Assembly (NCBI GenBank): GCA_045633925.1
Contig: JAZQZG010000033.1
Location: forward strand, 3,032 to 67,031
Reading direction: 5' to 3'
Origin: Eubacteriales bacterium
GTDB lineage: Bacteria > Bacillota > Clostridia > Oscillospirales > CAG-272
DNA length: 64,000 bases
Made by a program: the position numbers and the translations under genes. Below, in pieces: positions 9,472-19,962 of this stretch (its first letter is position 1; each line of letters begins with the position of its first letter). The notes below the pieces were generated by a model. It did not search any database, was not told the DNA's origin, and saw nothing but the letters and a program-made list of their open reading frames with translations.

Positions 9472-10488
9472 ATGAATTACAAAAGTGTTGTAGACTGTTG
9501 TCTTGAAAATGAGAGACAGAATTTGTCGGTATACGCTTTTCATACGGCTGATACAAGGGGCAGAGAAAAGCCTTATAACGTAAGCGACGTGCGTACCGAA
9601 TTTCAGCGTGACCGAGATAGAATAACTCACTGTCAGTCCTTCCGAAGACTTATGTATAAAACGCAGGTCTTTCTCTCACCGACAGGAGATCACTACAGAA
9701 CGAGAATGACGCATACTCTTGAGGTGACTCAGATTGCAAGAATTATAGCGAGAGCTATGCGCTTGAATGAGGATCTTACCGAGGCTGCAGCGCTCGGACA
9801 CGACCTTGGACATACACCGTTCGGACATGCGGGCGAATATGCGATGCAGAAATGCTTTGATTCGGGATTTACTCATTATAAGCAGAGTCTGCGTGTAGTC
9901 GAGCTTCTTGAAAATGATGGAGAAGGACTCAACCTCACCTGGGAGGTTCGTGATGGTATAGTAAACCACACGGGCGATCATATTGCCTCAACTCTTGAGG
10001 GCGTTATTGTAAAATATGCGGATAGAATAGCTTACATAAACCATGATATTGACGATGCGTGCAGAGCAGGAATTCTCTCCATCAACGATATCCCTGAGGG
10101 TATTCGTTCGATTCTCGGAGAGACGCATTCCGATAGAATAAATACGATGGTAATGTCGATAATTCGAGCAAGCTCTGCAAGACCTAAGATAGAAATGGAG
10201 CCCGACGTTGCAGAGGCAACTAAGGCGCTCAGAGCATTTTTGTTTGAGAGAGTTTACAGAAATCCTATTGCTAAGGGCGAGGAAACTAAGGCTCAGGATA
10301 TGCTTATGTACCTCTTTGAGTATTTCGTAAAGCATCCAGATAAGATGCCTGAACTTTATAAGAAGAGACTTTATGTGGATTCTGCCGAGCGCTGTGCGTG
10401 CGATTTTATTTCGGGAATGACGGACAGATACGCAATAGAGGTCTATACCGATCTTTGCATCCCTAAGGTTTGGAGGGGTAAGCAATGA
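9472..10488 (+). CDS. dGTP triphosphohydrolase-like HD-domain protein
   Basis: Motifs FQRDRDRI.H...FRRL..KTQV and HD residues in RMTHTLEV...GHDLGHTPFGH. Sits directly upstream of dnaG with a 4-nt ATGA overlap. Confidence 0.85.
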   Translation: MNYKSVVDCCLENERQNLSVYAFHTADTRGREKPYNVSDVRTEFQRDRDRITHCQSFRRLMYKTQVFLSPTGDHYRTRMTHTLEVTQIARIIARAMRLNEDLTEAAALGHDLGHTPFGHAGEYAMQKCFDSGFTHYKQSLRVVELLENDGEGLNLTWEVRDGIVNHTGDHIASTLEGVIVKYADRIAYINHDIDDACRAGILSINDIPEGIRSILGETHSDRINTMVMSIIRASSARPKIEMEPDVAEATKALRAFLFERVYRNPIAKGEETKAQDMLMYLFEYFVKHPDKMPELYKKRLYVDSAERCACDFISGMTDRYAIEVYTDLCIPKVWRGKQ

Positions 10489-12263
10489 TCCCAAGAGAAA
10501 TAATTGACGAGATTGTTTTTAGAAACGATATAGTGGACGTGGTGGGGTCTTACGTTACCTTGAAGAGAGCGGGCTCGAATTATTCGGGGCTCTGTCCTTT
10601 TCATAATGAAAAAACTCCGTCATTTACCGTTTTTCCCGCAACTAAGAGCTGTTATTGCTTTGGATGCGGTTCCGGCGGTGACGTTATTACGTTTATTATG
10701 CGCACTGAAAATATCGATTACGTTGAGGCGCTTGAACATCTGGCGGCTCGCGCGGGTATAACTATACCCGAGGATAATTTTGCATCAAACGAGCAGAGCG
10801 TATCTCGTAAACGAATTTATGCTATGAATCTTGAGGCGGCAAAGTTTTTCAGAGCGTGTCTTATGGATAAGAATATCGGAGCGGAGGCGCTTGATTATTT
10901 TTGTCAAAAGAGAAAACTTAATATGACAACTATCAAGCGATTTGGACTTGGATATTCACCAAATGATTTTGGAATGCTCACGTCACATCTGAAGCGGCTT
11001 GGATATACCGACGAGGAAATGCAGATAGGCTTTTTGGCGGGTAAGAGCAAAAAAACGGGACGCTCCTACGATTATTATAGAAATAGAGTTATTTTTCCGC
11101 TTATAGACACGTCGGGAAATATAGTAGGCTTTGGCGGTCGAAATATGGACGGATCCGAGCCGAAATATCTTAATACATCAGATACTCCCGCATTTAAAAA
11201 GAGTCGATTTTTGTTTGGGCTTAATTTTGCAAAAAATCATTGTCAAGAATATATGATTCTTTGCGAGGGATATATGGATGTTATTGCCTTGCACGAGGCA
11301 GGATTTGAAAATGCGGTTGCAACGCTTGGAACTGCAATTACATCAGAGCACGCAAGAATTTTTGCAAAATATACAAAAAAAGTAATAACCTGTCTTGACT
11401 CTGATAATGCAGGACAGACTGCAACCCAGAAAGCGCTAAGGCTTCTCAGTGAGGTTGGCGTTGAGGTGAGAATACTTAAGCTTTCGGGAGCTAAAGACCC
11501 TGATGAGTATATAAAAAAATTCGGCGCTGAGAATTTCCGCAAGGTTCTTGGAGAGAGCAAGACCGGATTTGAATATAACATAGAAAAGATAATCTCTGCG
11601 CACGATATGACGCTCGTTGAGGAGAAGGTTGCGGCATCAAACGAAGTTTGCACCCTTATTGCGGGTGTTTACAGCAAGGTTGAGCGCGATATATACGTTC
11701 ACAGAGCGGCGGAGATATTGCAGATAAGCTCCGATGCGCTGTCAGCTGATGTCGAAAGAGCACGTCGCAAGATAGAGCGAGAGGAAAGATCTTCGCAGAG
11801 TAAGGAAGCGATGCTTTCAATAAAGCATATAGGCGACAGAGTTAATAACGATGCGGCGAAGAATATAAAGGCTACGGCAAATGAAGAGGCGATACTCGGT
11901 CTTATGCTGATGTTCGATGAGTTTAGAGCGGAGGTAGTGAGATCAAAGCTTCTCGAGAGGGAGGATTTTATTACCGAGTTCAGCCGAAGGATATTTGAGG
12001 TGCTCTGTGAGCTTGAGATGAGTGAGGCAGGCTTCTCAAAGGCTATGCTTGGAATGTATTTTAATGCAGATGAGATAGGCAGAATAGAGAAGATCGAGAT
12101 TGAGAGACGAATGCTCGCTCGAAACGATAGAGACGTTTTGCTCTCATGTATTGAAGGCTTGAAGAGTGAAAAAACGAAAGCTGCAGCCGATGCCGTTGAT
12201 CCTTTTTCGGATCTTAAAAGAAAACAAGAAGAATTAAAGAAAAAGAAAAATAGAAACGTTTAA
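10485..12263 (+). CDS. dnaG: DNA primase
   Basis: Zinc ribbon [11 protein letters not shown]...CFGCG, TOPRIM motif [10 protein letters not shown]...DSDNAGQ; 592 aa. Confidence 0.95.
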   Translation: MIPREIIDEIVFRNDIVDVVGSYVTLKRAGSNYSGLCPFHNEKTPSFTVFPATKSCYCFGCGSGGDVITFIMRTENIDYVEALEHLAARAGITIPEDNFASNEQSVSRKRIYAMNLEAAKFFRACLMDKNIGAEALDYFCQKRKLNMTTIKRFGLGYSPNDFGMLTSHLKRLGYTDEEMQIGFLAGKSKKTGRSYDYYRNRVIFPLIDTSGNIVGFGGRNMDGSEPKYLNTSDTPAFKKSRFLFGLNFAKNHCQEYMILCEGYMDVIALHEAGFENAVATLGTAITSEHARIFAKYTKKVITCLDSDNAGQTATQKALRLLSEVGVEVRILKLSGAKDPDEYIKKFGAENFRKVLGESKTGFEYNIEKIISAHDMTLVEEKVAASNEVCTLIAGVYSKVERDIYVHRAAEILQISSDALSADVERARRKIEREERSSQSKEAMLSIKHIGDRVNNDAAKNIKATANEEAILGLMLMFDEFRAEVVRSKLLEREDFITEFSRRIFEVLCELEMSEAGFSKAMLGMYFNADEIGRIEKIEIERRMLARNDRDVLLSCIEGLKSEKTKAAADAVDPFSDLKRKQEELKKKKNRNV

Positions 12264-12289
12264 AAAACGTAAAGTTGAAAGGAATTGTT

Positions 12290-13405
12290 ATGGCAGTTAA
12301 TGAAAAGATGGGAAACGAAAAGCCTGAGGTAGATATAGAGGAGATCATTGAGAAGGGCAAGCAGGGCAAGCTCTCGGAGAATGATTATGAGAGAGTTGCC
12401 GAGGAGATGGATCTTGACCAGTTCTATGATGCTCTTGAGAATAATGGAATAGAGCTTTCCGAGGACGTTTCCTCTGCAGAGATGAGTGAAATCGAATCCG
12501 AGGTTGAGGCGTTCAGCAATAGTGATACGATGGAGCGTATCCTCGAGCAGGAAGGCTTGGCTGTTGATGACCCCGTTAGAATGTACTTGAAGGAAATCGG
12601 TCGAGTTCCGCTTCTTACACCCGATAGAGAAAGAGAACTTTCTGAGATAATGACTGACGAAAACGCTTCTGACGACCAGAAGCTTGCGGCAAAGAATGAA
12701 CTTGTTGAGTCTAACCTTCGTCTCGTTGTAAGTATTGCAAAGAGATACGTTGGAAGAGGAATGTTCTTCCTTGACCTTATTCAGGAGGGTAATCTCGGAC
12801 TTATGAAGGCTGTTGATAAGTTTGATTACAGCAAGGGATATAAGTTCTCCACTTATGCAACCTGGTGGATTCGTCAGGCGATCACTAGAGCGATAGCAGA
12901 TCAGGCAAGAACTATAAGAATTCCCGTCCACATGGTTGAGACTATACATAAGGTTTCCAAGTATTCCCGTCAGATGCTCCAGGAGCTCGGCCGTGAGGCA
13001 ACTCCCGATGAGATTGGTGAAAAGATGGGAATGAGCGCTGATAAGGTAAGAGAGATAATGAAGATAGCTCAGGACCCCGTATCCTTGGAAACACCTATAG
13101 GTGAGGAAGAGGATAGCCACCTTGGTGATTTTATTCCCGATGATGATACCCCCTCTCCCGCAGATGCGGTTGCTACCACTATTTTGAGAGAGGTAATAGA
13201 GAGAGAGCTTCATACCTTGACCCCTCGTGAAGAGCACGTAATAAAGCTCCGTTTCGGACTTTATGACGGTAGAACCAGAACTCTTGAAGAGGTAGGTAAA
13301 GAGTTCGATATTACAAGAGAGAGAATCAGACAGATAGAGGCAAAAGCGTTGAGAAAGCTTCGTCATCCTCAAAGAACAAAACAACTTCGCGGATTTTTGG
13401 ATTAA
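12290..13405 (+). CDS. rpoD: Primary RNA polymerase sigma factor (sigma-70/SigA)
   Basis: Regions 1.2-4 are recognisable: [64 protein letters not shown]. Start placed at ATG 12290, preceded by GAAAGGA; the track TTG at 12275 is less likely. Confidence 0.95.
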   Translation: MAVNEKMGNEKPEVDIEEIIEKGKQGKLSENDYERVAEEMDLDQFYDALENNGIELSEDVSSAEMSEIESEVEAFSNSDTMERILEQEGLAVDDPVRMYLKEIGRVPLLTPDRERELSEIMTDENASDDQKLAAKNELVESNLRLVVSIAKRYVGRGMFFLDLIQEGNLGLMKAVDKFDYSKGYKFSTYATWWIRQAITRAIADQARTIRIPVHMVETIHKVSKYSRQMLQELGREATPDEIGEKMGMSADKVREIMKIAQDPVSLETPIGEEEDSHLGDFIPDDDTPSPADAVATTILREVIERELHTLTPREEHVIKLRFGLYDGRTRTLEEVGKEFDITRERIRQIEAKALRKLRHPQRTKQLRGFLD

Positions 13406-13419
13406 GTGTGATAAACCAC

Positions 13420-13448
13420 TTGACTTTAAATGCTTTTTGTGGTAAAAT
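13420..13448 (+). promoter_or_regulatory. Sigma-A-type promoter for the lipoprotein gene
   Basis: TTGACT (13420-13425), 17-nt spacer ending in TGG, then TAAAAT (13443-13448). Confidence 0.55.
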
Positions 13449-13496
13449 GATACAAGAGTATATTCTCGGATTTTTCTGGGTGATTAGGAGGAGTAT

Positions 13497-15218
13497 ATGA
13501 AAAAGAGAATTCTTTGTCTTGCTTTGTGTGCAATAATGGTATTTGCTTGCTTTATCGGATGCGAAGAAGAGAGCAGAGAGGAAATAATGAATAAAATCGG
13601 AATGGAAGCTTCTGAAAAGGCATCCACTGTAACGATGTATCTTCTTGCAGAGGAAAAGGTAAGCGCAGAGCAGGAGGCTATTATTGAAGCTGGCGTAAAC
13701 GAGATCATGGCAACCTATGACGTTTATCTTGATCTTGTGTATAAAACTGCCGATGAGTATTATGACGCCTTAGAGAAAAATCTTAAGACGATGAATGATA
13801 AGGCAGAGGAAGAAAAGGAAGCTAAGAAGAACAAGAACAATAAGGATACTACCGCATCATCAGATGCAACTACCGATACAGATAAAAAGTATCTTTATAT
13901 AGACGAAAATGGTCTTCCTACAGTTTATTATCCGCCAAACCCCGATTATCACGTAGATATCTTCTATTTCAGCGGATATGACAAATATGTTAAGTATAGA
14001 GATGCAGGCTATTTAGCTGATTTCTCAACTCCTATAAAAGATACTAACGCAAAGGCTATCAAGCATGGAGTTAGCACTGTTCTTTACAATGCTGTTAAAA
14101 CTTTGAATGGAAAGTATGATATGATGCCTACTAACACTCAGGTAGGTGAATATACGTACTTGCTTCTCAACAAGGAGCTTCTTGCTTCTACTCAGTATAA
14201 ATCTTCCGAGATAGGTAGTCTTTTGACTGATAATTGCGCAGACTTTTTGAAGATTGTAAATGATTATTACACGGATTATGTTCCGCTTTACTCTTCTGAG
14301 GGTGTACTCACTACTGATACAGTTAAGTTCTTAGGCGCAGATTCAAATGGATTTGCCTCCGATGATTTCTCGCTTATCGCAGGATCTTATTCTCGTCTCT
14401 GGAAGTACGGTGAGAAGGATCAGTATCCTGTTATGGGCAAGATTACCGACGTTGCCGACAATGGAACAGTCTCTGTAAAAGACCAGATCCTTAAGCTTAA
14501 GGATTATGAGTTCAATGGCTACTATGCTACCGATGCTGAAAAGGATAAGCCCTTTGCAGTAGGATACGTAAAGGGAGATATCACTCTTCCCGAGCAGTAT
14601 GCAGACGAGTATGAGGTAATTGTTCTTGAGGCTCCTACGCTTGAGTCCGAGGCTCTCTATGAGAATGCGTTTGCAATAAGCAAGTATACAAAGACACTTA
14701 ATACAACAGCACTCGTTTTGTCTGAGATATATACAAACGAAACGATTATCAATCTTTTGTCACACGGCGTAGAGGGTACTAACTATGAGTGGGTAGATTC
14801 CGATATGCGTAATGAAACCACCTATGAGCTTTACAAAGTAATTAAGCCGATTGTTGATGATGATCTTAAGTATGTTTATAAGATGGATCCCGCAAAGATT
14901 GGTAATGCGGCTAAAGCATATCCCACAGTGAATGACGATCCGAGAAGAACAGATAACATTCTTGAGCAGAATTATCAGGCATCGCCTTCGTTGACACTCG
15001 ACTTTATGATATATAACCTTAAGGGTGTAGAAGCTAATGATGCGGCTATTAAGACTGTTGCTGAGTATTCAGCACAGGCAGAAAAGCTTTTGATTGATGC
15101 AAAGGATGCTGATGCACTTAACGCAGCGTTTGCGCAGATCGACGAGCTGTACGCAACTTCTGAGATGGTAAATGCTCTCAATGTGCTGACCGGTGCTTAC
15201 GAAAAAGCGCTTAAGTAA
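13497..15218 (+). CDS. Large lipoprotein; function unknown, possibly an extracellular solute-binding-like protein
   Basis: Signal peptide with lipobox ...ACFIGC followed by an acidic linker. Strong RBS AGGAGG. No catalytic motif recognised. Confidence 0.5.
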   Translation: MKKRILCLALCAIMVFACFIGCEEESREEIMNKIGMEASEKASTVTMYLLAEEKVSAEQEAIIEAGVNEIMATYDVYLDLVYKTADEYYDALEKNLKTMNDKAEEEKEAKKNKNNKDTTASSDATTDTDKKYLYIDENGLPTVYYPPNPDYHVDIFYFSGYDKYVKYRDAGYLADFSTPIKDTNAKAIKHGVSTVLYNAVKTLNGKYDMMPTNTQVGEYTYLLLNKELLASTQYKSSEIGSLLTDNCADFLKIVNDYYTDYVPLYSSEGVLTTDTVKFLGADSNGFASDDFSLIAGSYSRLWKYGEKDQYPVMGKITDVADNGTVSVKDQILKLKDYEFNGYYATDAEKDKPFAVGYVKGDITLPEQYADEYEVIVLEAPTLESEALYENAFAISKYTKTLNTTALVLSEIYTNETIINLLSHGVEGTNYEWVDSDMRNETTYELYKVIKPIVDDDLKYVYKMDPAKIGNAAKAYPTVNDDPRRTDNILEQNYQASPSLTLDFMIYNLKGVEANDAAIKTVAEYSAQAEKLLIDAKDADALNAAFAQIDELYATSEMVNALNVLTGAYEKALK

Positions 15219-15235
15219 GATTTATTAAAATAAAC

Positions 15236-15276
15236 AAAAAGAGGCTGTCGCAGTTTTCGGGACAGCCTCTTTTTTG
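15236..15276 (+). terminator. Intrinsic terminator
   Basis: Stem gaggctgtc / gacagcctc, followed by tttttt. Confidence 0.8.
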
Positions 15277-15286
15277 AGGAGTATAT

Positions 15287-15928
15287 ATGTATACCTATTG
15301 TATATGGGATTTTAACGGAACCATACTCGATGACATCGAGCTCGGAGTATATTCCGTAAATCTGCTTATGAAGAATCACGAAATACCGCTTGTGTTGAAC
15401 AGAGAAAGATACAGAGAGCGATTTGATTTTCCCATAATCGATTATTATAAAGAGTTGGGCTTTGATTTTGATAAAACACCCTACGAGCTTTTGGCAGAGG
15501 AATGGGTTGATATTTATATGAGCAATCTGTTCAGAGCAAAGCTTTTTCCTGATTTGATAAAATCTCTTGACTTCTTTAAGAGTAGAGGCGTTATGCAATC
15601 GATTCTCTCTGCGTCGGAAAAAACCATGCTTAAAGGGCAGGTTGAGGGTCTTGGCATATCTTCTTATTTTGAGGACGTTATGGGCATAGACAATATATAC
15701 GGCGACTCAAAGCTCTCGATTGCGCGCAGATGGCGAGAGGCACATCCCGATGATAAAGTGATTTTCATAGGAGATACAACGCACGACATAGAGACGGCAA
15801 GAGAGCTTTCTGCAGATTGCTATATAGTCTGCGCAGGACATCAATGCAAAAGCAGGTTTGAATCCTGCGATGTAAGAGTATTTGAGTCGCTTGGTGAGCT
15901 TACCGGATTTTTAGCAAGATATTATTGA
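15287..15928 (+). CDS. HAD-superfamily hydrolase (phosphoglycolate-phosphatase-like subfamily)
   Basis: Motif I WDFNGTILDD (DxN in place of the usual DxD) and motif IV FIGDTTHDIETA; 213 aa. Confidence 0.7.
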   Translation: MYTYCIWDFNGTILDDIELGVYSVNLLMKNHEIPLVLNRERYRERFDFPIIDYYKELGFDFDKTPYELLAEEWVDIYMSNLFRAKLFPDLIKSLDFFKSRGVMQSILSASEKTMLKGQVEGLGISSYFEDVMGIDNIYGDSKLSIARRWREAHPDDKVIFIGDTTHDIETARELSADCYIVCAGHQCKSRFESCDVRVFESLGELTGFLARYY

Positions 15929-15977
15929 TTGTATATTTTCTTCATAAAAGATAGTTAAGCATACTTTTAATAAGTAC

Positions 15978-16006
15978 TTGACTATCTTTTTTGATTGTGG
16001 TATAAT
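15978..16006 (+). promoter_or_regulatory. Sigma-A-type promoter
   Basis: TTGACT, 17-nt spacer ending in TGG, then TATAAT (16001-16006). Confidence 0.55.
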
Positions 16007-16045
16007 AACTTATAAATTTTTTGAAAAAAGAAAAGGAAGTACGTT

Positions 16046-16609
16046 ATGAAAAGATTTTTAGCTATTTTACTTGCGCTCGTTATGTCGATAGCGCTTGTTG
16101 TTTCTATGGTCTCTTGCGAGGAGAAAACCACAAATGACGCTGCATCGGAGAATGATGATAATTCTCAAAGTGAGGATGTATCGGAAGAAACCGAGGTTGA
16201 CGTAACCAAATATTATCCTAAAAGTATTCTCCCGGTTGTTATGACCCCCGAGTTTTTTGAGGAAAACATCCTTAAGCCAGCAGAGGAAAATGGATGTAGT
16301 AAGATACGGTTGCAACAGCTTATGGCTTTTTTTAAACAAACAAAGTTATTTGTTGATGAGGAAGGAATAGAACTTTCAGAGGCGAAGGAGGCAATGAATA
16401 AGGCAAACCTTGAAAAATGGCCAATGCTTCAGAAGACTTTGGAGGACGGAACAGTAGAGAACGTTACATTATATACGTTGGATGAACTTGTCGGCCCTAA
16501 TCATAAAGCACAGCTTGAAGAGATTTTGAAAACCTATTGCCCGAATCTCACCATAGAGGTGGTAGGAAATCATTATATGGAGCTTGGATACATTCCCGAG
16601 GCTGAATAA
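16046..16609 (+). CDS. Small lipoprotein, function unknown
   Basis: Signal peptide with lipobox ...VSMVSC and an acidic linker; RBS AAGGAAG. Confidence 0.6.
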   Translation: MKRFLAILLALVMSIALVVSMVSCEEKTTNDAASENDDNSQSEDVSEETEVDVTKYYPKSILPVVMTPEFFEENILKPAEENGCSKIRLQQLMAFFKQTKLFVDEEGIELSEAKEAMNKANLEKWPMLQKTLEDGTVENVTLYTLDELVGPNHKAQLEEILKTYCPNLTIEVVGNHYMELGYIPEAE

Positions 16610-16628
16610 TCTGTGGTATTTAATTTGT

Positions 16629-16678
16629 AAAAAACACCGCTTCATTATCATTTTTTGATAATGAAGCGGTGTTTTTTA
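16629..16678. terminator. Bidirectional intrinsic terminator (convergent lipoprotein gene and dapB)
   Basis: Stem aaaaaacaccgcttcattatca / tgataatgaagcggtgtttttt, about 20 bp, with A- and T-runs on either side. Confidence 0.85.
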
Positions 16679-16705
16679 TTGGATATTTGATTTTGTTGAT
16701 TTGAA

Positions 16706-17455
16706 TTATTTTCCCTCGATCATATCGGTCATGTTGTAAAGACCGTTTTTCTTTGCGGAAAGATAGATAGCCGCGCGGAGTGCTCCGGTTGCAAAGATCT
16801 CGCGGGAAGCCGCAGAGTGAGAGATCGTTACGATCTCGTTCTCGCCTGCAAAGATTGCTTCGTGCTCACCAACGATCGTACCACCTCTAACAGAGTGTAT
16901 ACCTATCTCGCGAGGCTCTCTTGCCTTGCGAACAGAGTGACGGTCGTAGACGTATTCCGATTCCTCACGCTCGTTTGCAATAGCGTCTGCTATCATAATT
17001 GCCGTACCGCTCGGAGCGTCAAGCTTTTTGTTGTGGTGCTTTTCAACGATTTCAACGTCAAAATCCATACCGAGCGTTTTCGCCGCCTGCTTTGCAAGCG
17101 TTATAAGAAGATTTATTCCAAGCGAGAAATTTCCCGAGCGGAAGATTGCAACCTCCTTTGCGCTCTCGTCGATCATCGCGAGCTCATCTTCGGTGTGTCC
17201 CGTGGTTGCAATAACGATAGGGGTACCGGTAGCCTTTGCGTATTCCAAGAGAGAGGGAAGCGCGGAATGGTGCGAAAAATCTATTATCGCATCAGCCTTT
17301 CCGGGAAAGTCGGATATTTTTTCATATACGGGGAAATTGCCTGCTGAGGATGCGTTTATATCAACGCCCGCAACTATTGTGCAGTCGTTCTTTGCCGCAG
17401 CCGCAATAGCCTTTCCCATACGGCCGCCACAGCCGCAAAGAATTATGTTAGTCAT
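16706..17455 (-). CDS. dapB: 4-hydroxy-tetrahydrodipicolinate reductase
   Basis: N-terminal GCGGRMG Rossmann motif; ...EKHHNKKLDAPSGTA... signature; 249 aa. Confidence 0.9.
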   Translation of the reverse strand: MTNIILCGCGGRMGKAIAAAAKNDCTIVAGVDINASSAGNFPVYEKISDFPGKADAIIDFSHHSALPSLLEYAKATGTPIVIATTGHTEDELAMIDESAKEVAIFRSGNFSLGINLLITLAKQAAKTLGMDFDVEIVEKHHNKKLDAPSGTAIMIADAIANEREESEYVYDRHSVRKAREPREIGIHSVRGGTIVGEHEAIFAGENEIVTISHSAASREIFATGALRAAIYLSAKKNGLYNMTDMIEGK

Positions 17456-17488
17456 ATATAAGCCTTTCTTTTTTACGTCGTTTTGTTA

Positions 17489-18382
17489 TTATAAAAGACC
17501 GTGCTTCTTGAGGGATGCCATAAGTCTTGCCTTTGTAGCATCCTCCATCTCGCAGAGGGGAAGACGCATCTCAACGTCGCAGAATCCCATCTCTGCCATA
17601 GCGGTCTTTGCAGGAATCGGATTTACCTCGCAGAAGAGCGCATTGATAAGATCAAGGTATCTGAGCTGAAGCTCTGCCGCCGACTTAAAATCACCGTCAA
17701 GACAGAATTTTGTCATGTCGTGGGTCTCCTTGGGCAAAACGTTGGAGAGCACAGAGATTACACCCTTACCGCCAAGAGACATGATCGGAACGATCTGATC
17801 GTCGTTGCCTGAATAGATATCAAGGCTGTCACCGCACTCTGCGATAAGCTCTGCGATAGCGCTGATGTTTCCGGAAGCCTCCTTTACAGCAACGATTCTC
17901 TCGTGCTTTGCAAGCTCCTTGTAGACCGAGAGGGGAATATTACAGCCTGTACGTGAGGGTACGTTGTAAAGGATAATAGGCTTGTTTGTAGCCTCTGCGG
18001 TTGCAATAAAGTTGTTTATAAGTCCCTTGGGGGTTGCCTTGTTGTAGTAAGGTGTAACGAGAAGAAGGGCGTCTGCGCCTATCTCACAAGCATACTGAGA
18101 GAGCTCGATTGCATAAGCGGTATCGTTGGAGCCTGTTCCTGCAATAACGGGAACTCTGCCTGCAACGGTATCAACCGCAAATTTCATGCACTCCATGTGC
18201 TCCTCGTGAGTTAAGGTTGCGGCCTCTCCGGTAGTACCTGCAACGACGATAGCGTCGATGTTTCCTGCGATCTGCTGTTCGATTATTTTCTTGAAGCTTG
18301 GGTAATCTATGCTTCCGTTTTTAAAGGGTGTGATAATAGCCGTAGCGGCTCCTGTGAAGATTGTTGGCTTGAGTTTGCTCAT
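17489..18382 (-). CDS. dapA: 4-hydroxy-tetrahydrodipicolinate synthase
   Basis: Motifs ...TPF...IDY..F..II..Q......AIVVAGTTGEAATLTHEEH and ...VKEASG... Start set to ATG 18382 (MSKLKPTIF...) with RBS GAAAGGAAAA; the track extension upstream would run through the riboswitch. Confidence 0.9.
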   Translation of the reverse strand: MSKLKPTIFTGAATAIITPFKNGSIDYPSFKKIIEQQIAGNIDAIVVAGTTGEAATLTHEEHMECMKFAVDTVAGRVPVIAGTGSNDTAYAIELSQYACEIGADALLLVTPYYNKATPKGLINNFIATAEATNKPIILYNVPSRTGCNIPLSVYKELAKHERIVAVKEASGNISAIAELIAECGDSLDIYSGNDDQIVPIMSLGGKGVISVLSNVLPKETHDMTKFCLDGDFKSAAELQLRYLDLINALFCEVNPIPAKTAMAEMGFCDVEMRLPLCEMEDATKARLMASLKKHGLL

Positions 18383-18427
18383 AATTGTTTTCCTTTCAAA
18401 AATATTTAAAAAGAATTCATATAAAAA

Positions 18428-18672
18428 CAAAAAAACTGGTTGAAAACCAGCTGAATTTGTACTATAATATAAGGGATAGGTTCCCGTCTTACAGTCAACA
18501 AAAACAGATAGCTCTCCATCAAAAGATGACAGTCTGTTGATTATTAATCGAACAGACCAGACGATACGCCGCCGTTTGCGTAGCATCTTCGGCGTTCTGC
18601 CCTCGTTGTCTTACCTCAAACGGCCACGGCGGCCTCGGATGAGCAACGGTTGTAAAACGCGCCTCTATCATT
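18428..18672 (-). promoter_or_regulatory. Lysine riboswitch (L-box) with a terminator expression platform, leader of dapA-dapB
   Basis: Read on the minus strand: AGAGGCGC (18659-18666), GCCGAAG (18587-18593), CTGTCA (18527-18532) and GGAGAGC (18511-18517), in the canonical L-box order. These are followed by hairpin CTGGTT-ttc-AACCAG plus a T7 run (18430-18450). Confidence 0.8.
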
Positions 18673-18692
18673 ATTATATGTATCCTATCATT

Positions 18693-18721
18693 ATAATAGC
18701 ATACAATAGCTTTTATGTCAA
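18693..18721 (-). promoter_or_regulatory. Sigma-A-type promoter driving the L-box/dapA-dapB transcript
   Basis: Minus strand: TTGACA (18716-18721), 17-nt spacer, TATTAT (18693-18698). Confidence 0.55.
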
Positions 18722-18754
18722 TAACTTTTAAAATTTTTTAATTAAGGATTTTTT

Positions 18755-19828
18755 ATGGTAATAGTAAACGAAAAGAAGCCAACAGAGCTTTTGGCATCGG
18801 ATTTTTTCTATGATCTTCCCGAATCACTCATAGCGCAGCATCCTATGGAAAAGCGTGATCATTCTCGCCTTATGGTAATAGACCGAGAGAGTGGCAACGT
18901 TGAGGACAAGCATTTTTATGACGTGCTTGATTATCTCAAAGAGGGTGACGTGCTTGTAATAAACGATTCAAAGGTAATTCCCGCAAGACTTTACGGACAT
19001 CTTGCTGACAGAGAAGAGGCGTCTCTTGAGCTTCTTTTGTTGCGTCAGCATAATCTTGACGAGTGGGAGTGCTTGGTAAAGCCCGGAAAGCGCGCTAAGA
19101 TCGGACATAAAGCTGTGTTTGGCGGTGGAATCCTCTGCGGTGAGGTCATAGACGTTGTAGAAGAGGGCAATCGAATTATCAAATTCGATTATGACAGAGC
19201 AAAATATACCAGTATATACGACGTTTTGCAGGAGGTTGGCATGATGCCTCTGCCTCCGTACATAACCGAGCGCTTAAAGGATAATTCAAGGTATCAGACC
19301 GTCTATGCCCGTGAGGAGGGCTCTGCGGCGGCTCCGACGGCAGGCTTACATTTTACGCCCGAGCTTTTGGAGAAGATTCGTCAAAAGGGTGTGAAGATAG
19401 CTCCCGTTATGCTGCACGTAGGACTTGGAACCTTTAGACCTGTTAAGGTCGAGAGAATAGATGAGCATATTATGCACACTGAGTATTTTTCCGTTCCCAA
19501 GGAAAGCGCGGATATAATAAACGCGGCTAAAGCGAACGGCGGAAGGCTCATTTGCGTTGGAACTACCTCTTGCCGTACTATTGAGAGCGTAGCGGAGGAG
19601 AACGGACATATTCCCGCGATGTCGGGTGATACGGGTATCTTTATATATCCCGGATATAAATTCAAGGCGGTTGACGCGTTAATAACGAATTTCCATCTTC
19701 CCGAGAGCACTCTTTTGATGCTCGTTTCGGCTTTTTACGATAAAGAAAAGATGATGAAGATTTATAACGACGCAGTTGCAAAGGAGTATCGCTTTTTCTC
19801 TTTCGGTGACGCCATGCTGATTGTATAA
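18755..19828 (+). CDS. queA: S-adenosylmethionine:tRNA ribosyltransferase-isomerase
   Basis: Motifs FDYDLPE.LIAQHP...RD.SRLMV, ...MPLPPYI... and ...[13 protein letters not shown]...; 357 aa. Confidence 0.95.
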   Translation: MVIVNEKKPTELLASDFFYDLPESLIAQHPMEKRDHSRLMVIDRESGNVEDKHFYDVLDYLKEGDVLVINDSKVIPARLYGHLADREEASLELLLLRQHNLDEWECLVKPGKRAKIGHKAVFGGGILCGEVIDVVEEGNRIIKFDYDRAKYTSIYDVLQEVGMMPLPPYITERLKDNSRYQTVYAREEGSAAAPTAGLHFTPELLEKIRQKGVKIAPVMLHVGLGTFRPVKVERIDEHIMHTEYFSVPKESADIINAAKANGGRLICVGTTSCRTIESVAEENGHIPAMSGDTGIFIYPGYKFKAVDALITNFHLPESTLLMLVSAFYDKEKMMKIYNDAVAKEYRFFSFGDAMLIV

Positions 19829-19860
19829 ATTCCGCAATACGTCGTTAAAGCTGCGGCTTG
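19824..19860 (+). repeat. Direct repeat copy 1 (37 nt), overlapping the queA stop codon
   Basis: Sequence tataaattccgcaatacgtcgttaaagctgcggcttg; copy 2 lies 139 nt downstream and matches at 35/37 positions. Confidence 0.9.
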
Positions 19861-19962
19861 TCGCCTTCGACGTAGACAACTACGCCGTCAGGCTTCGCGC
19901 TTGCTTTGCCTAGTCTTGCAAAATTTCTACTAATCAGCACTACTGCTGACGGATGCAAATTT

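Noticed and set aside
17028-17669. 213-aa plus-strand ORF spanning the dapB/dapA junction
   Set aside because: It is antisense to two well-supported genes, crosses their intergenic gap, and has no RBS or motif.
18383-18586. N-terminal extension of the dapA ORF (track start at 18586)
   Set aside because: It would be translated through the lysine riboswitch and its terminator. ATG 18382 has a proper RBS and gives the normal DapA N-terminus.
19846-19955. Minus-strand ORF of about 36 codons starting at a TTG, in the spacer between the queA-downstream repeats (…ISRNFARLGKASAKPDGVVVYVEGDKPQL)
   Set aside because: It has no ATG, no convincing Shine-Dalgarno sequence and no recognisable family, and its end falls inside the repeat. 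It is more likely a chance ORF in GC-richer spacer DNA.
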